NCBI GenBank assembly: GCA_951406725.2
Contig: OX597823.1
Location: forward strand, 24,490,001 to 24,554,000
Origin: Octopus vulgaris
Taxonomy: Eukaryota
Length of the DNA stretch: 64,000 nt
Reading direction: 5' to 3'
The position numbers and the translations under genes were made by a program. Shown here piece after piece: positions 40,539-55,000 of the stretch (the first letter of the stretch is position 1; each line of letters opens with the position of its first letter). The notes under the pieces are model-generated. The model was not told where the DNA came from, did no database searches, and saw only the letters and a program-made list of their open reading frames with translations.

Positions 40539-43500
40539 GTAAAGAAATTCTTGTTATTTTCTTTTAAAGCTGAATGCCAGTTGTAGTAGTATTAGTAGTA
40601 GTAGCAGCAGCAGCAGGAATTTCAAAGTTTGTGATAACAGTGTTAGTTCATATCACCAACCTCATCATCATCATCATTGTTCGACCGTGGTCGAGACAAT
40701 GGAATTTACCATGCTACTCCAGACTTCACGGTCCTTCATGGCATTACAGAGGTCCTGTTGCTGGATTCCTGCATCCCTGGAGATTACATCAGGGTAGGAG
40801 AGTGTGCGCCCTCTGGTATTGCGAGTAGATGGCTTCCAGAGGAGAAGAGTAGAAATTGCCTCGTTTTCAGCTCTACAACAATGTCCAGCAAACTGGACTC
40901 TCCTACCTTTCATCAACCTCAGTTCTTTACTGGTATTATATTGTAACTACACCAGAAGAATGAAAAGCAGTATTCCCCAACAGAGTTTGAACTTAGATTG
41001 TAAAGAGTTTAAACATGGAATGTAAATGGCTTTTGCACAGTATCTCATTATCTGTTGCTCTCTTCTGATATGCAAAATAACAGGATCAAATAATATAATT
41101 TCTCAGGCACACACACAAGTATCACAAGCTCTTGAATGTGCATAGTGTTAGAGTTTGTTACTCTTCCAGCATTGTATGTTACAATAGGAAATGCATACAC
41201 ATATTGAGCTTTTATTTGAGACACCTATTTGTAACTGTTTAAATCCATCCACCTCTCTGATGAGAGAATTCTACATAAGACCGTGGTATATAGAGCAACC
41301 TTCACTGCAACTGACGGTTTCTCATTGAATTACATGAGACTTACAGCCAGTAACTTCATGGAAAATTTCACTCAACTTATACATTCCTTTAAGTTCATGT
41401 ACAGGGATAAGTCCACCTTACTGTACTCTTTCATTTGGAATCTACCCAGCATAATCTGAAGCTTTCTTAACAAATCATAATCTTTTCCTACCAGAGCATT
41501 TAATTGCAGTCTTTGTCTTTCTAATCCATAGAAGATGAAAAACACATACATAATGTGTACATAGACAAGTGGAGGAGATAAATATGTGTGTGTATAGATC
41601 TATATATGTGTGTGTATGATTGCATATGCATATATTTATAGTTATGTATATTTTCGTGTATACATGTATATATTGTTTTTGAGACATTCCAATATGTTAA
41701 AACCTTGTTCTTCAACAAAAAATTTCAGTTCAAACATACCTACCTCTCTGCCTACATACATGTAAATGTACATATATACATGGTTAATCCAAACAAGAAA
41801 GCACAAAAAAACACAACAACATGAGGACGTGGAACAAATATAGTATTATTGGATGCTCAGGAAAGAAGGAGGGTTTAACGTTTCAAGTGGAGCTCTTCGT
41901 CGGAAACATAGAAGAAGGAAAGATCCAGAGAAGGGAAGACAGAGGAAAAAAATCGCCAACGGTACACACGGGGTCGTTTATGTGTGTATTCAAAAGAACT
42001 GTGTAAGGCCAAATTGATTCACTGTTGCATGAGTGAATTCTTTAGCCAAAAATGAAACCACCAAGTTGGCAGAAAACTCTTGGCACTTTGCTTGCCTAAA
42101 TGTTATGTACAATCTGTATATAAGGTGTCACAACAAATCATTGTAAGTCCAATTACATAGGTGACTAATGAACAACCAGCTGGGAAGAAGAGGATGTGGG
42201 CTTGTGCCAAACAAATTTTGATAAACACAATTGAGCTGTCCAAAGTATGAAAACACAGTAGAATCCTTGTGGCTATATGGCTAAATTACAACATAAGTAT
42301 AAATCTATATGTATTAATAGTTGTTTTTATGTTCAATTATAATAAAACAATTTTACATTAATCTGAAGGGTTACTCTATACATTTGTATAGTACAAAATT
42401 ATGATTCGCATGCAATAATATTGTTGACAGTAACTTTGAAGTTTTGGCCAGCTAAGCAGTCTAACAATGGTTTAGGAGACCAAAACTTCAAAGTTACTGT
42501 CAACAACATTCTTATATAAAAATTATGTGTGTGTGTGTGTGTGTTTGTCTCTTTGTTTACATCCCAGTAACATAGCAGTTTGGCAAAATAAACTGATAGA
42601 ATAAATATGTTCAGATTCCAAATTCTGAACATATTTATTCCAAGGTCAGCTTTGCCTTTTGTCCTTTTGAGGTTAAGTATTGGGGCTGATGCAGTTGACT
42701 GGCCCTCTCCTCAAAATTTCAAGTTTTGTGCATATTGTAGAAAGGATTGGTGGTTAGTAAATGAAATCATCATTATTATTATGATTAAGGCAGTGAGCTG
42801 GCAGAATCACTGGCACAATGGACAAAATGCTTTGCGACATTTCGTCTATCTTTACCTTCTGAGTTCAAATTCTGCCACAGTCGACTTTGCCTTTCATCCT
42901 TTCAGGATCGATAAAACACTGGAATCAACTATTCCCTTCCCCCAGAATGTCAGGCCTTATGCCTATAATAGAAAGGATTATTATTATATGTTTGGCTTTT
43001 GCTTTGTATTTGTACAAGCGAATTCTAAGTCTCACCCAGAGATTTCAAGACAACAGGTTAGAAGTTCAAGTTGGTGTTAAAACTAGTATGCCATCTTTTT
43101 AGGTTCAGCACAGAGTATAGTTCTAAAGAATGTTTAAGACTTTTTCTTTTATATCTTTCAGGAAGATGGGTATCATTTTATGAAAATTTATTCAAATCCC
43201 TTTCAAATGGTACAAATTACGTTTATAAAGAAATTTGAGGTGGGTGGGATTTTCCCCATTTTTTAAAACCCACAGTCTTCGGAATGATGATGTTGATGGT
43301 GGGGGGCATCTTTGAAAAAGCTTTTGAAAACTCATTTTTTTTTACACCCCGCTCTGTCATCATCTCACTCCAGACCTATTTTGGCCATTTTTTTTTTTGC
43401 ACTTCAAAGCCATGGGAAGAACATTTTCAGTAAACATTTTTTTAAAAATTGTTAATAGGTTCAGAAGGAAAAGTGATTTAAGAGTGGTTTGGCTGTTGTT

Positions 43501-45630
43501 TCTAGTACATCCAAAGACAGCCCTCCTTGTTTCTTTATCACTCTCACATGTATTGATGTTTTTCAATATTCTTTCCCCATAAATACATTTATATGCTATA
43601 AAAAAAGAAAATTTGAGAAATTATGAATTTTTTGACACCCCCACACCCTGCCCTTGATTGTTTCTGTTTAGAAATTAAAATATTGGAGAGTCTGAGAAGG
43701 TCATTGCTGGCATTTATCCACACTGATTTTAAAAAATTATGGTAATGTACCTGCATAGCAAGTTACTTGATCTGAGATTGTGTGCTGAAACAAAGTCAAT
43801 TGTGGCCCTTTAAAATGGAAGATAAGAAAGTTCATTTTTGGCACTTGATGCTATTCTTTTTCCATAAAGAGAAAAAGGCCTCACAAGCAACCAAAGAATT
43901 ATGCGTAGTTTATGGTGATGTTTCTTTATCCGAAAGAACTGTACGAAAGTGGTTCGCAAGGTTCTGAACTGGAGATTGGAGCCTTATTGATAAAGAGCGA
44001 TCAGGCAGACCATCCACTACAGATGATGACCAAGTCAAGTCATTAATTGAGAATAACCCACATTGCTCAACCTGAGAATTGGCAGAAAGCCTCAACCTAT
44101 CAAAATCCGTAGTTCATGAGCACCTAGTAAAGCTTGGGTACCCAATCACTACTTTGTTTGGGTACCACATGAGTTGAGTGAGAAGAACCTTTTGGATCAC
44201 ATTTCCATCTGTGATTCGCTTTATAAATGGAATGAAAATGCGCCTCTTTTAAAGCAAATTGTGACAGGTGATGAGAAATGGATTATCTACTGAAATGTTC
44301 AGAGAAAGCGATCCTAGAGAACGCGACATGAGCCATCCTTAGCCACTCCAAAAGTGAGTCTTCACCCTAAAAAAGTCTTGCTTTGTTTCTGGTGGAATTG
44401 GAAAGGAATTCTGTATTATGAGCTTCTCCCAAGTAACCAGACAATTAATTCTAAGAAAACTGCAGACAACTTGACGAGTTAAAAGCAGCAATTCAAGAGA
44501 AACATCCAGAATTGACCACCAGAAAAGGTGTTGTTTTCCAATATGATAATGCAAGACAGCACGTTTCTTTGGGAACCAGAGAAAAATTGCTGCAGCTCGG
44601 CTGGGATGTGTTACCCCATCCTCCATATTCACCAGATATTGCTCCTTCGGACTTCCACTTATTCAGGTCTCTGCGGAATAGTCTTAATGGTAAAAATTTC
44701 AATTCCTTGGATGATGTAAAAAGATACCTTGATGAATTCTTTGCCATGGAACCATCTCAATTCTGGGAAGAGGGTATTTTCAAGTTAAAGGAAAGATAGA
44801 GATGCATTGTGCAACAAAATGGTTCATATTTGGTTGATTAAAAATGTAATGGCAAGTATTTATTGACCTTTTCCTTTCCTTTAAACATCTGGATTAACTT
44901 TTCGGACAACCCAATACATCCCTCTTCTGCTGGTGTGCTTTTCTTTAAGATTAAATGGTTTTAACAACACTTGACACCTTGGCTAAACACCTGTTGATCA
45001 GCAATTAGACAATACTAAATTAATCCACTAGAAAAAGTTTATACAAATGATACACAACTTAAATTTTGAAGGAAGCTTTCAAATGAGTCTGAAGATTTAT
45101 TAAATCTCACATGAATTACAATTGTAATTTTGCAGATAAATTATTTGTTTATAATAAATTGTCCATTTAAAACAAATTATGCACCAAATGCTATATAATA
45201 TTTAATGTGGTTGGGAGAATAAAATGTATTTCTTGTTTTCTTTCCTTTCTTTTCAAGCTGATGATGATATTTTAGAATTTAAAAGCACTTCCATACCAGG
45301 AGAAGATATATTTGAACAGCTAAAAGATGTGACTATAAAGGAGTGTGACCATGCTTGTCATCAAACTCCAGGATGTAACTCTTATGAGTATAAGCAAAAA
45401 GCTAAATTCTGTGATCGAAGTAATGTGACTCACTTGACTCATGACCTTGAGCCCAACAAAAAGGGTTGGGATACTTACGTCATTAACCCAGGTCAGTAGA
45501 ATGCTTCCATTTTATTTGATTTTATTATGCACATGCTTGCATGTATGTATGTGTTTGTGTGTATTTACATAATCATACATGTGTTTGTGCAATATATATT
45601 GATATATATATATATATGTACATATATATA

Positions 45631-45676
<46 letters not shown>

Positions 45677-45973
45677 ACTTACATTGAAAGTCAGCAAGCT
45701 TTAGAAGCGTTGAAATGTATTGAAAGATTCAGATAACGGAATAATTTTTTTCTCAAACGCAGGATAATGCAATTATTTAGCATGAACAGGATAAACTATC
45801 CATATTTTTGAGAAAAATCTGTCTCATGGCTAGCCACCAACAAATGTTTCTGCAAAATATAGATAGTTTATCCTGTTCATGGTATATTATTAGCATTATC
45901 CTGCATTTGAGAATGAAATTATTTCCTTATCTGTATCTTTCAAGATATATGTGTTTGTATGTATGTATGTATG

Positions 45974-46027
<54 letters not shown>

Positions 46028-49000
46028 TACATATATATTTATACCAAATGATAAGAAAATTCTTTAACACATCTTTAATGGGCGATCAGTGTATTGTTTC
46101 TTGTCTTTCTTGAGTTTCACAGCCAAATGGCTGGGTGGATTTGTGAAAAATGGCACACATGTGGAGATGGGTGTATAGACTGGAATGCGGTTTGTATTTT
46201 TTTTCCTAGCCCCCATATTTACTGAGAAAATTGATTAAAACTTTTCTAATGGAATTCCTGTTTGTTCTGCCATTAAAACAACCAGTTGCTCATAGAGCCA
46301 GCATAAACCATTTTGCTAGCAACAAGGGGAGTACAGGATGACAGTCAGCCAAAACTTTCGCTATGATGTCTCTCTTCTGTCACCTCTCTGTGGGGTTAAT
46401 AATCTTAATCTTTAGTTACAGTTTTTCATTCAAACTACATAATAGGCAGAATTGTCGGATTAAGACAGTAGAGTGTTTTGAGGGAGTTTTTGGCTACTAT
46501 CTCTACCAGTTCTAGCTACCATGTAGAGGTCTGAACTGTCTAATCATTAAAACATTGATTTAATTATGAACATTGAAATAAATTATACATTAATCCCTGT
46601 TTTTTGTAAGCAGTTGTATTTGTAAAAAATTTTATTTGCAGAGAGCAGAAATTGAAAGAAGATATATGAAATGGACATGTGCGTGTGTGTGTGCACACAT
46701 GCTTGCACGTGTGTATGTGAGAGAGAAAGTGAGTGAAGGTGTGTGTCGTGATGATTGACGTCTTTTAAGGTACACAAGCATACAAAAAAAATGTGAGGCC
46801 ATCATATAAAATTTTTACGATAGTTGATTTATGGAAAAGATTATGTTAAATTTTTGAAATGCAAACCAAAAGCGATCACACCCACATCATCCAAACAGAC
46901 CAGGTAAAACCGGGCTTAGCTGCTAGTATATATATATATATATATATATCATCACCATCATCATCATCATTGTTTAATGTACACCTTCAATGCTGGCATG
47001 GGTTGGATGGTTTGACATGGGCTGTCTTGACAAGAGCCTGCACCAGACTCCTGTGACTGTTTTGGCATGGCTTTTACAGCTGGATGCCCTTCCAAATGCC
47101 AACTATTTTACAGTGTGGAATGGGTGCATTTTGCATGGCTCAAACACTTGCAGGATCAACAAGTAATTTGCAAGACAAAAATCCTTTTAGAGGAGAGGGG
47201 ACATTGAAGGAAGTGATCTTGTGTCAGATGATGAAAGGTTCAAGTGAGATAGCGTGACAGAAACAGGTATGTTGCTATAGAGGAGGCTCATGGTAACCTG
47301 ACCAGAGAGGGAGAGAGAAAGAGTGATCAAGAATGAGGACAGAAACAGGTGTGCTACTGAAAGGTGATACATGGCTATCCATCCTGAGGGAAGGGAAAGA
47401 GAGAGTAAGAGACAGCAAGAGTGCAAGAGAGAGCAGGAGAGGGATGGTGGCGAAGTGTTAGATCATACTCACAAATGGAGATCAGATTATAAATGGGATG
47501 GTAGGGTAAAGGAAGTGAGAGATATGTGTTTAGAGGGGTGAGGGACTATGGGATAGCAATGATACAGTGAGCAGGGCTGTGAGGACAGGATTGGGGAGTG
47601 TAGTTTGGTGTGTTGGAGTAGGGTGTGTGGATCGTTTTATCATTAAGTGTGAGTGGGAAACACAGCACTTCTAGAACTCAGTTTCACTGAATTGGGCATG
47701 TCTTCTCAAGAATCATATATCACCAGACATCTTGATCCATTGTAATTTCCTCTATGAGGCCCAAAAACCTGAGATTGGTCCTCACACTTCTTCCCATGTC
47801 TGCCTGGGTCTACCTTTTCTGCAGGCACGATCCACTTTTGGTGATCAGCTCTTCTTTATACGGTTATCTTCATTTATATTCATTACATGTCTAAACCAGT
47901 ATAGTCATCTCTCTTGCATGCTGCACGCAATTCCTCTTATGCCCAACTTTGCTCTCAACACATTTGGACTTTGTCGTACATGCACATCCAACTGAGCATA
48001 CGGCCTTCATTTCTTTCTGGTCTTTGCATGGCTTCTGCATTCAGAGCCCATGTCTCACTACCTTGGAGTATAGCCATTCACACACAAGTACAATATAATC
48101 TACCTTTCCCTTGAAAAGAAAGTCCATTTGTTGCCAACAGAGGTAATAGCCGTCTGAACTCTCTCCATCCTCTTCTTACTTTGGAAACAATACTTTCAGA
48201 TCATTCTCCACCATTGCTAATTTGGTCACCTTGGTAACAGAAACTATTTACAACCTCAAGAGAGCCTCCTGGGCATTTGAGAGAGTCTAGTTCCTATGTG
48301 ACCTTAGTGCTTATTCTTCTTGCACATCTGCCACAAACAAAGACAGCTTTATCTGAACCACTACTTGTATGCTAAATTCATCACTGTATTAGTGGCTGAC
48401 TTTCACGTTACTGACAGCACCATTGTACATGGATTGTACAGCTCTAACAAGTCATTCTTCTAATCTTAACTTCCTTAAAGACCACTAGATAACATAGGAG
48501 GGGAATCAGGTGAAAGCTTTCTCCAGGTCGATGCAAGCTATGTATAATGGCTTTTTTTGGCCATCTACTTTTCGTGCAATTATCTCATTAAAAAGACTCT
48601 TCCCAAGTACAAAACCAAACTGAATCTCATCGTAACAAATCTCCAGAAGATAACCAAAACTTTCAGATAGGGACTGTTGGAATCACAAAAGCACAGCACT
48701 CAAAATTACTAGAGAGCTTAATGACCACCTCAAGAATGCAGTTTCCACAAAAACTGTTTGCTGGGAGCTTCACAACGCCAGATTTCATGGGAGGGCTGCA
48801 ATCAGAAAACCACCACTTTCAAAAACAAATGCTGCAAAGCATTTAGAGTAGAGTAAAAGCCTAGTGAATTGGTCCCTAGAGCAGTGGAAGAATGTTATTT
48901 TATCAGACAAATCATCCTTTACCCTATTTCCAACCACTGGCCAAGTATATGTGTGGAGAAAACCAAAAGAAGCATTTGATCCAGACTGCCTTCTTCCAAC

Positions 49001-52000
49001 TGTTAAACATGGAGGAGGATCTGGGGTGGGGTGCGGGCTATATCTTGGAAATCCATCGGTCCAATGGTTTCTTTTCATAGCAGAATTAATAGTCAAGACT
49101 ATTTACGCATTTTATCTGATCAAATTCATCCTATGGTTGCAGAACTGTTTCCAGAGGGAAACACAATCTTTCAGGATGATAATATACCAATTCGCACAGC
49201 TAAAGTTGTTACTAAATGGCATGAGGAACATTCTAGTGAAGTTGAACTTCTTATCTGTCCACTATAGTCCCCAGATCTCAATATTTTTGAACATTTATGG
49301 TGCATTTTAGAACAATAAAGTAAGGAGTCAATATCCTTCACCATCATCACTACAAGAACTGGAGACTGTTTTAGCTAATGAATGAACAAAAATTCCTTTG
49401 GAAACAATTCAAACTTTGTATGAGTCCATACCTCATAGAATTCAAGCAGTAAATACTGCCAAAGGTGGTCCTACCCCATATAAAAATAAATTTGTTTGAA
49501 ATTTTAAGGTGTTTCCATTATTTTGTCCAACCCCTGTATATATAGTTTTATATATCTCTATATGTATTTGTATATGTACACACACAAACTAATAGTGAAA
49601 AAAGGGGAGTTAAGATGCAAATTGTTTTAATATTTCCATTGAGGATACAGCACTTAATGTCCACTTTTCCATGCTAGAATTCAGACAGAATTTGTTGAGT
49701 TGAATTATCTATGGCTGGATGCCCTTACTGTCACCAATCCTATCCAGTTTCCAACTAAGTTAATATTTCCCATGACCAGATGGGTTTGCACAGAATATTG
49801 CAAACAAAGTACATGATGGTGACACTCATTTACAACTATCTCATGGAGTCAAAACATGGAAGCATTAACACTCACACACACATACACACATGAAGGACTT
49901 CTTTCAGCTTCCATCTACCAAATTGACTCACATGCATTGATTGGCCCATAGCTGTAGTAGAAAACACTTACCTAAGGTGCCATGCAGTCAAACTGAACCC
50001 AAACATCTTATCACATGATCATGCCACCTTCTCCCCCTCTTTATCATCATCATCATTTAATACCCTCACTAGCATGGGTTGAACGGTTTGACTGAGAACT
50101 GGGCAGCTGGGGAGCTGCCTCAGGTTCCAATTTGATTTGGCATTGTTTGTATGGCTGGATACCAACCACTCCAAGCGTGTAGTGAGCAATTTTTACATGC
50201 CACTGGCATGTGTGCCAATTATGTAACACCAGCATCAGCCATAGCTATGATCTCACTTGGCTTGACAGGTCTTCCCATGCACGGTATATCACCAAAGGTC
50301 TTGGTCACTTGTCATTGCCTCTGTGAGGCTCAGTGTTCAAAAGGTGTTTTCTGCATGCCACCAGCATGGGTACCAGTCATCTGGCTCTGGCATCAGTCAT
50401 GACTACGATTTCACTTGGCTTGACAGATCTTCTCAAGCACAGCATATCACCCAACATTCAAAGGGTGCTTTCTACATGGAGCTATCATGAGCATTTGAAA
50501 GGCAGCAACTTTGAATAAGAACTGATTCAGGTTGATTCAACCTGTCCAGTTTGCACATAAGCATATTATGGATTAAAAATTATGGTTTATAACTGTAACA
50601 TTCTTCACTCAACTTTGTGTTTCATACAATACTCTGTAGTATTCAGAAGCAAACTGTGCATTTACTATTCAATCAGGAGTACAAGGGAAATTACATGGAT
50701 TACACAGTTCACTCTAATTATCTCTTGATTACCAGTCATCAATCTAGTGAGCCAAGTTGTGTTATCACAGAATAGTCAAAAGGGAATTTGCCTGGATTTC
50801 ACTGTCACTATGCCTCTGAGTTGTGTGTGTGTTAGGTATGTATCTATACACACATTGAGTAGGTATGTATGTCTATGCACATACACTTATTTGTATGTAT
50901 ATGTACATATAACATATGAGTGTAAATTACTTCAATTTCTTTCACTGAATGACTTAATATCTGAAATTGTAAATATTTCAAGTGTGTGTGTATGTGTGTG
51001 TGTGCGTGTGCACATGTATGTATGTATATGTGTATATTTGTATTTATATCTATGTGCAAATGACTTCAATTTGATTCACTAAAAACCTTTCATTCTCCTC
51101 ATTCTCACCCTCCTTTATCTCTTCATTTTCACCCTCTTCATAACATATATTCAACGGAATTTCTCTTTTCAATTTCAGCTTACTCAAATATTAACTGTGG
51201 GCCTCCCAAAGACATTGTTGATACATCAAAGTCCTACAAAGCCACCACCTATAAATCCGAAGTACTTTATACTTGCTCAAATGGAATACAACTAAAGTCA
51301 ATATGTCAAAAGGACAACAAATGGACTCCAGTAGGGTCTTCCTGTAAAGGTAACATAAAAAGCTTCCCTTCTGTTGTCTCTGTTTAAGTAATTTTGTCAA
51401 ACTTTTGTGTTAAATGTCTTTGCCAATAAAAGACTGGTTGGTCCATTACAATTTCCTCAGTGTTTGTGACTGGTGAGAGGGAGACATGAAATTATACTCA
51501 GACAAGAGACTTCTCCAGATAATTGCAAGTGTAGTGAATTCCATTAATATTACTCAAGAGCCAGATAATGCAGTTAAATTTGGTGATGGATTAACTTTGC
51601 TGACTAAGAAATTGAAGTCTACAAACTTGTCACCAATTGGCTTCCAAAACGTTTCCCTCCAGTACTTTTCATCTTCAAGGATTCATTGCGAAGTAGATAT
51701 TTAACCGCACACACAAAACTCTACCCAATACAACAATCTTGTTAAGTAAACTATTGGCTCATTAGCTATACTTTACCTCATCCTGATACACTTTTTTAAA
51801 ATTTCAATCCTGCATATTATATTTTCTGAAATCTTGAGGATTGCATCAGGTTATATGAAATACACATTTTAAAGATGTTTAGGAATGACTGAGGGAGACA
51901 TTGTTTATGGTTCTAACATATTACATGTGCACAAGCTACATGATTTGACAAAGCTTATCTCTTGGTGTAATCTGTTGCCTTATTCCCCACCACCACCTAG

Positions 52001-55000
52001 CCTTCAGATGGTCTTGGTGATGGTGATGAACACTATTTGATCCAATGTTAATATTTATATTACAGTAGCAAAGAATGACTTTGACCCAAAGTTGCTCAGG
52101 CTGAGCATGAACCACTTTAATCTCATGTATGTAGGAGGGAATGTGACCTGAGAATTTCATGACTAAGTGGTTTCTGCCAGGGATAGCTTATTAAAACCTA
52201 TAAATACCATCTCATTGTAATCAATTATGTATTGTTTTGTTTAAGTATGTGGCTGAACATAATTAGAGAAAGCATTGAGACTGTGTGGTATTCATCTTTT
52301 TCTCAAGGGCACTAGCTGTCTATGTAACGTGAACTGATTTAGACTGAGAATCAAACACTGATCAATGACTCACACCATTCAATCCAAATTTATACTAAAA
52401 GAACAACTATAGAAAAATACTGAGAGTCACTTCCTGCATGGACAACAAACAGGAAAATGGCTACTTTTTGAATGAAGATATTATGATCAGCTATAAATTT
52501 ACTCTAATTCATCATTAAAATAGCCTGATAAAAATTTTGGAAGAGACTATCTTATAAACATAATTGCTTTTCTCTTTCTATCACTAAAAGTTAAAGTTTG
52601 GTGACTTCAAATTTTTCTCCTTACTATATTAAGTTGTGAACATCCACATTTACTACATATTTATATTTATTTACTAGATGAAGATGAAAGTCAGATCATA
52701 TTAGCTCTTCAAGGCAAAACATTACAAAATCAGTGGAGTGATGCCTTGACTAGCCATATTTACTTACATCCTTTTATATTCTGGGCTCAAATTCTACCTG
52801 GATGTACTTCACTTTTCATTCCTCTAAACTTGATTAAACAAGCTCTGTTCAAGAACAGAGGTTGATAAATTTTTTTGTATCCTCACTGCAGGATTTGTGG
52901 CCTCGTGTTTAAATTGGGAACCATTATCATTAATATTGGTAACTTCAACAATAATTATGATTCTTCTTGTTGTTAAGGGTGTTGGATTGACAGAATCATT
53001 CAACTGACAGACAAAATATGTTGTGGCATTTGTTCTAGCAATTTTATTTTTGAGTTCAAATCTTGTTGATGCTAACTTCGCCCTTCCTATACCAATAAAA
53101 TAAGCTATCAGTCAAGTGTAGAGGCTAATATAAATGGTCGGTTCATATCTAAAAATTTAGCCTACTTTTTATGTTAGGAATTGCTGCTGTTGCTGTTTTT
53201 CATTAACCTAAATTTTACTTTACCTTTAGATCCTCTGCTCCATTTTGTGAAAATAAAAGATGCAGCTCTGGATGTACCTGGGAAAACAGTGTTGGATAAG
53301 GAAGATGTAACAGAAGAAGAATGTGCAAAAAAATGTCTGTCTGGAAAAAGTTGTTTAGCATTTGAAATAAATAAAAAAAATAGAAAATGTTACTTATCAA
53401 AGAAATCTGCTGCTACCTCCAAGAAATTAAAGGGAAACAAAAACAGAGATTACTACCAACGATTAAAGCGTAATTATTCTTTGTATTTTATTATTGGAAT
53501 TCTCTTTTCTATTATTTCTGAAATTTGTGACTCCATTTGTACTTCACACTATATAGACCCCAATTTCTGTAAAGGCATTGACAGGTTTACCTATAAGGCC
53601 AGATATACACACATTCCAGAAATAAGCAATATTAGGAAATGTAAATACTGATAAGACATTCTCATACAACTTTTATTCACCTTGAACAATTTCTTGCATA
53701 TTTTTGATTGTTTTTATTTTATGTAAGAAAGGAAATTCTTCTTGTTTTTCTTCAGCCTGAGTAGTAATAGTATTACTAGTAGTTGTAGTGGTGGTGGTGG
53801 TGGTGGCTGTGGTGGTGGCATTAGCAATAACAGCAGCTTTTTCTTCATTTCTCCATGTTAGCATCCCTTAGTACTGTTACAACTCCATGTCTTAGCTCTA
53901 GTCTTTCTTGTTCATTATCCAATATTCAAAATAACAGAAAAGTAAAACCAATTTATGAAGTTATATATTTCCTATATTTTCTCATGGATAATATAGCAAG
54001 ATACCCTTTCTATCACCAACCATTATACTCAATGTAGTCAGTATATTTTCCCTGTGTGTGTGTGTGTGTGCAGAGTGGTATATTTATTTCTATATAACAA
54101 ATCAGAGCTGCATAAATCGAGCAATAAACATAAGATCTGACCCTTGAACAAGGACAAAAGACAGATTGCCATAAGATAAGGACAAACACACACATGCACA
54201 CTTGCAGGCACATACACACACTCATACATATGTATTTATATATTGATAAAAATGGTAAGACAACAAAAGAAAGAAAGAGACCTCGATATTATGTAAATAG
54301 AGGAATTTATCTGTAAATGTAATGTGTGACAATTATTCAGTAGCCATGATAAAACTCTGAGTTTCAGATGCCGAGGTGGAAATCCATGCCACCATCTCTT
54401 CAGTTATCCAGCCATCGGAAAAATGCTATGAAAAATGACTGTTATACAAAAGGAAATTACTGTGTGATTGACCATTATCAAGACAAAAGAGCTATTTGAA
54501 TGACTGCTAAGTAAGGGGGTTAGAATTTCATAGTTCTCGTGTAAGCGCGCATGTTCATACCTACACATTTGCGCCCGCACACCCACATGCATGTGCCTAA
54601 AAGTATGCATTCATCCACCCTCACTTGAAAACATACACATCCTCACTCTCATCATTTGCCAAATGTATATGTATATACATACAAACCCACACACATGCAC
54701 ACCATAAAAGTTCATACACACGTCTATATACACACAAGCACAAGAAAAAACAGAGCCAAGGGTAATAATACAGAAAAAGGCATAAGGGAGTATACAATGA
54801 GTAAACCACGTCTATATACGCACATACTCATATGCATGCACACACACACACACACATGCGCCTATATACATACATACCTGCACACATCTATATACACACA
54901 CACAAAAAGGATCATACATACGTCTATATGCGCACATACACAAGAAAAAACAGGGCTAAATGCAAAGAGACAGGAAAAAGTATAAAAACACTGAGTAAAA

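Noticed and set aside
43797-44840. Domesticated SETMAR-like or active mariner gene
   Set aside because: It has multiple in-frame stops and frameshifts and no SET domain; the same holds for the 19661-20905 copy.
53181-53229. Signal-peptide-like N-termini of ORFs 53181 ([12 protein letters not shown]) and 21187 (MLLFIGFNF), suggesting stand-alone secreted single-PAN genes
   Set aside because: They start at TTG/GTG, not ATG, and are translated polypyrimidine tracts ahead of a conserved AG acceptor.
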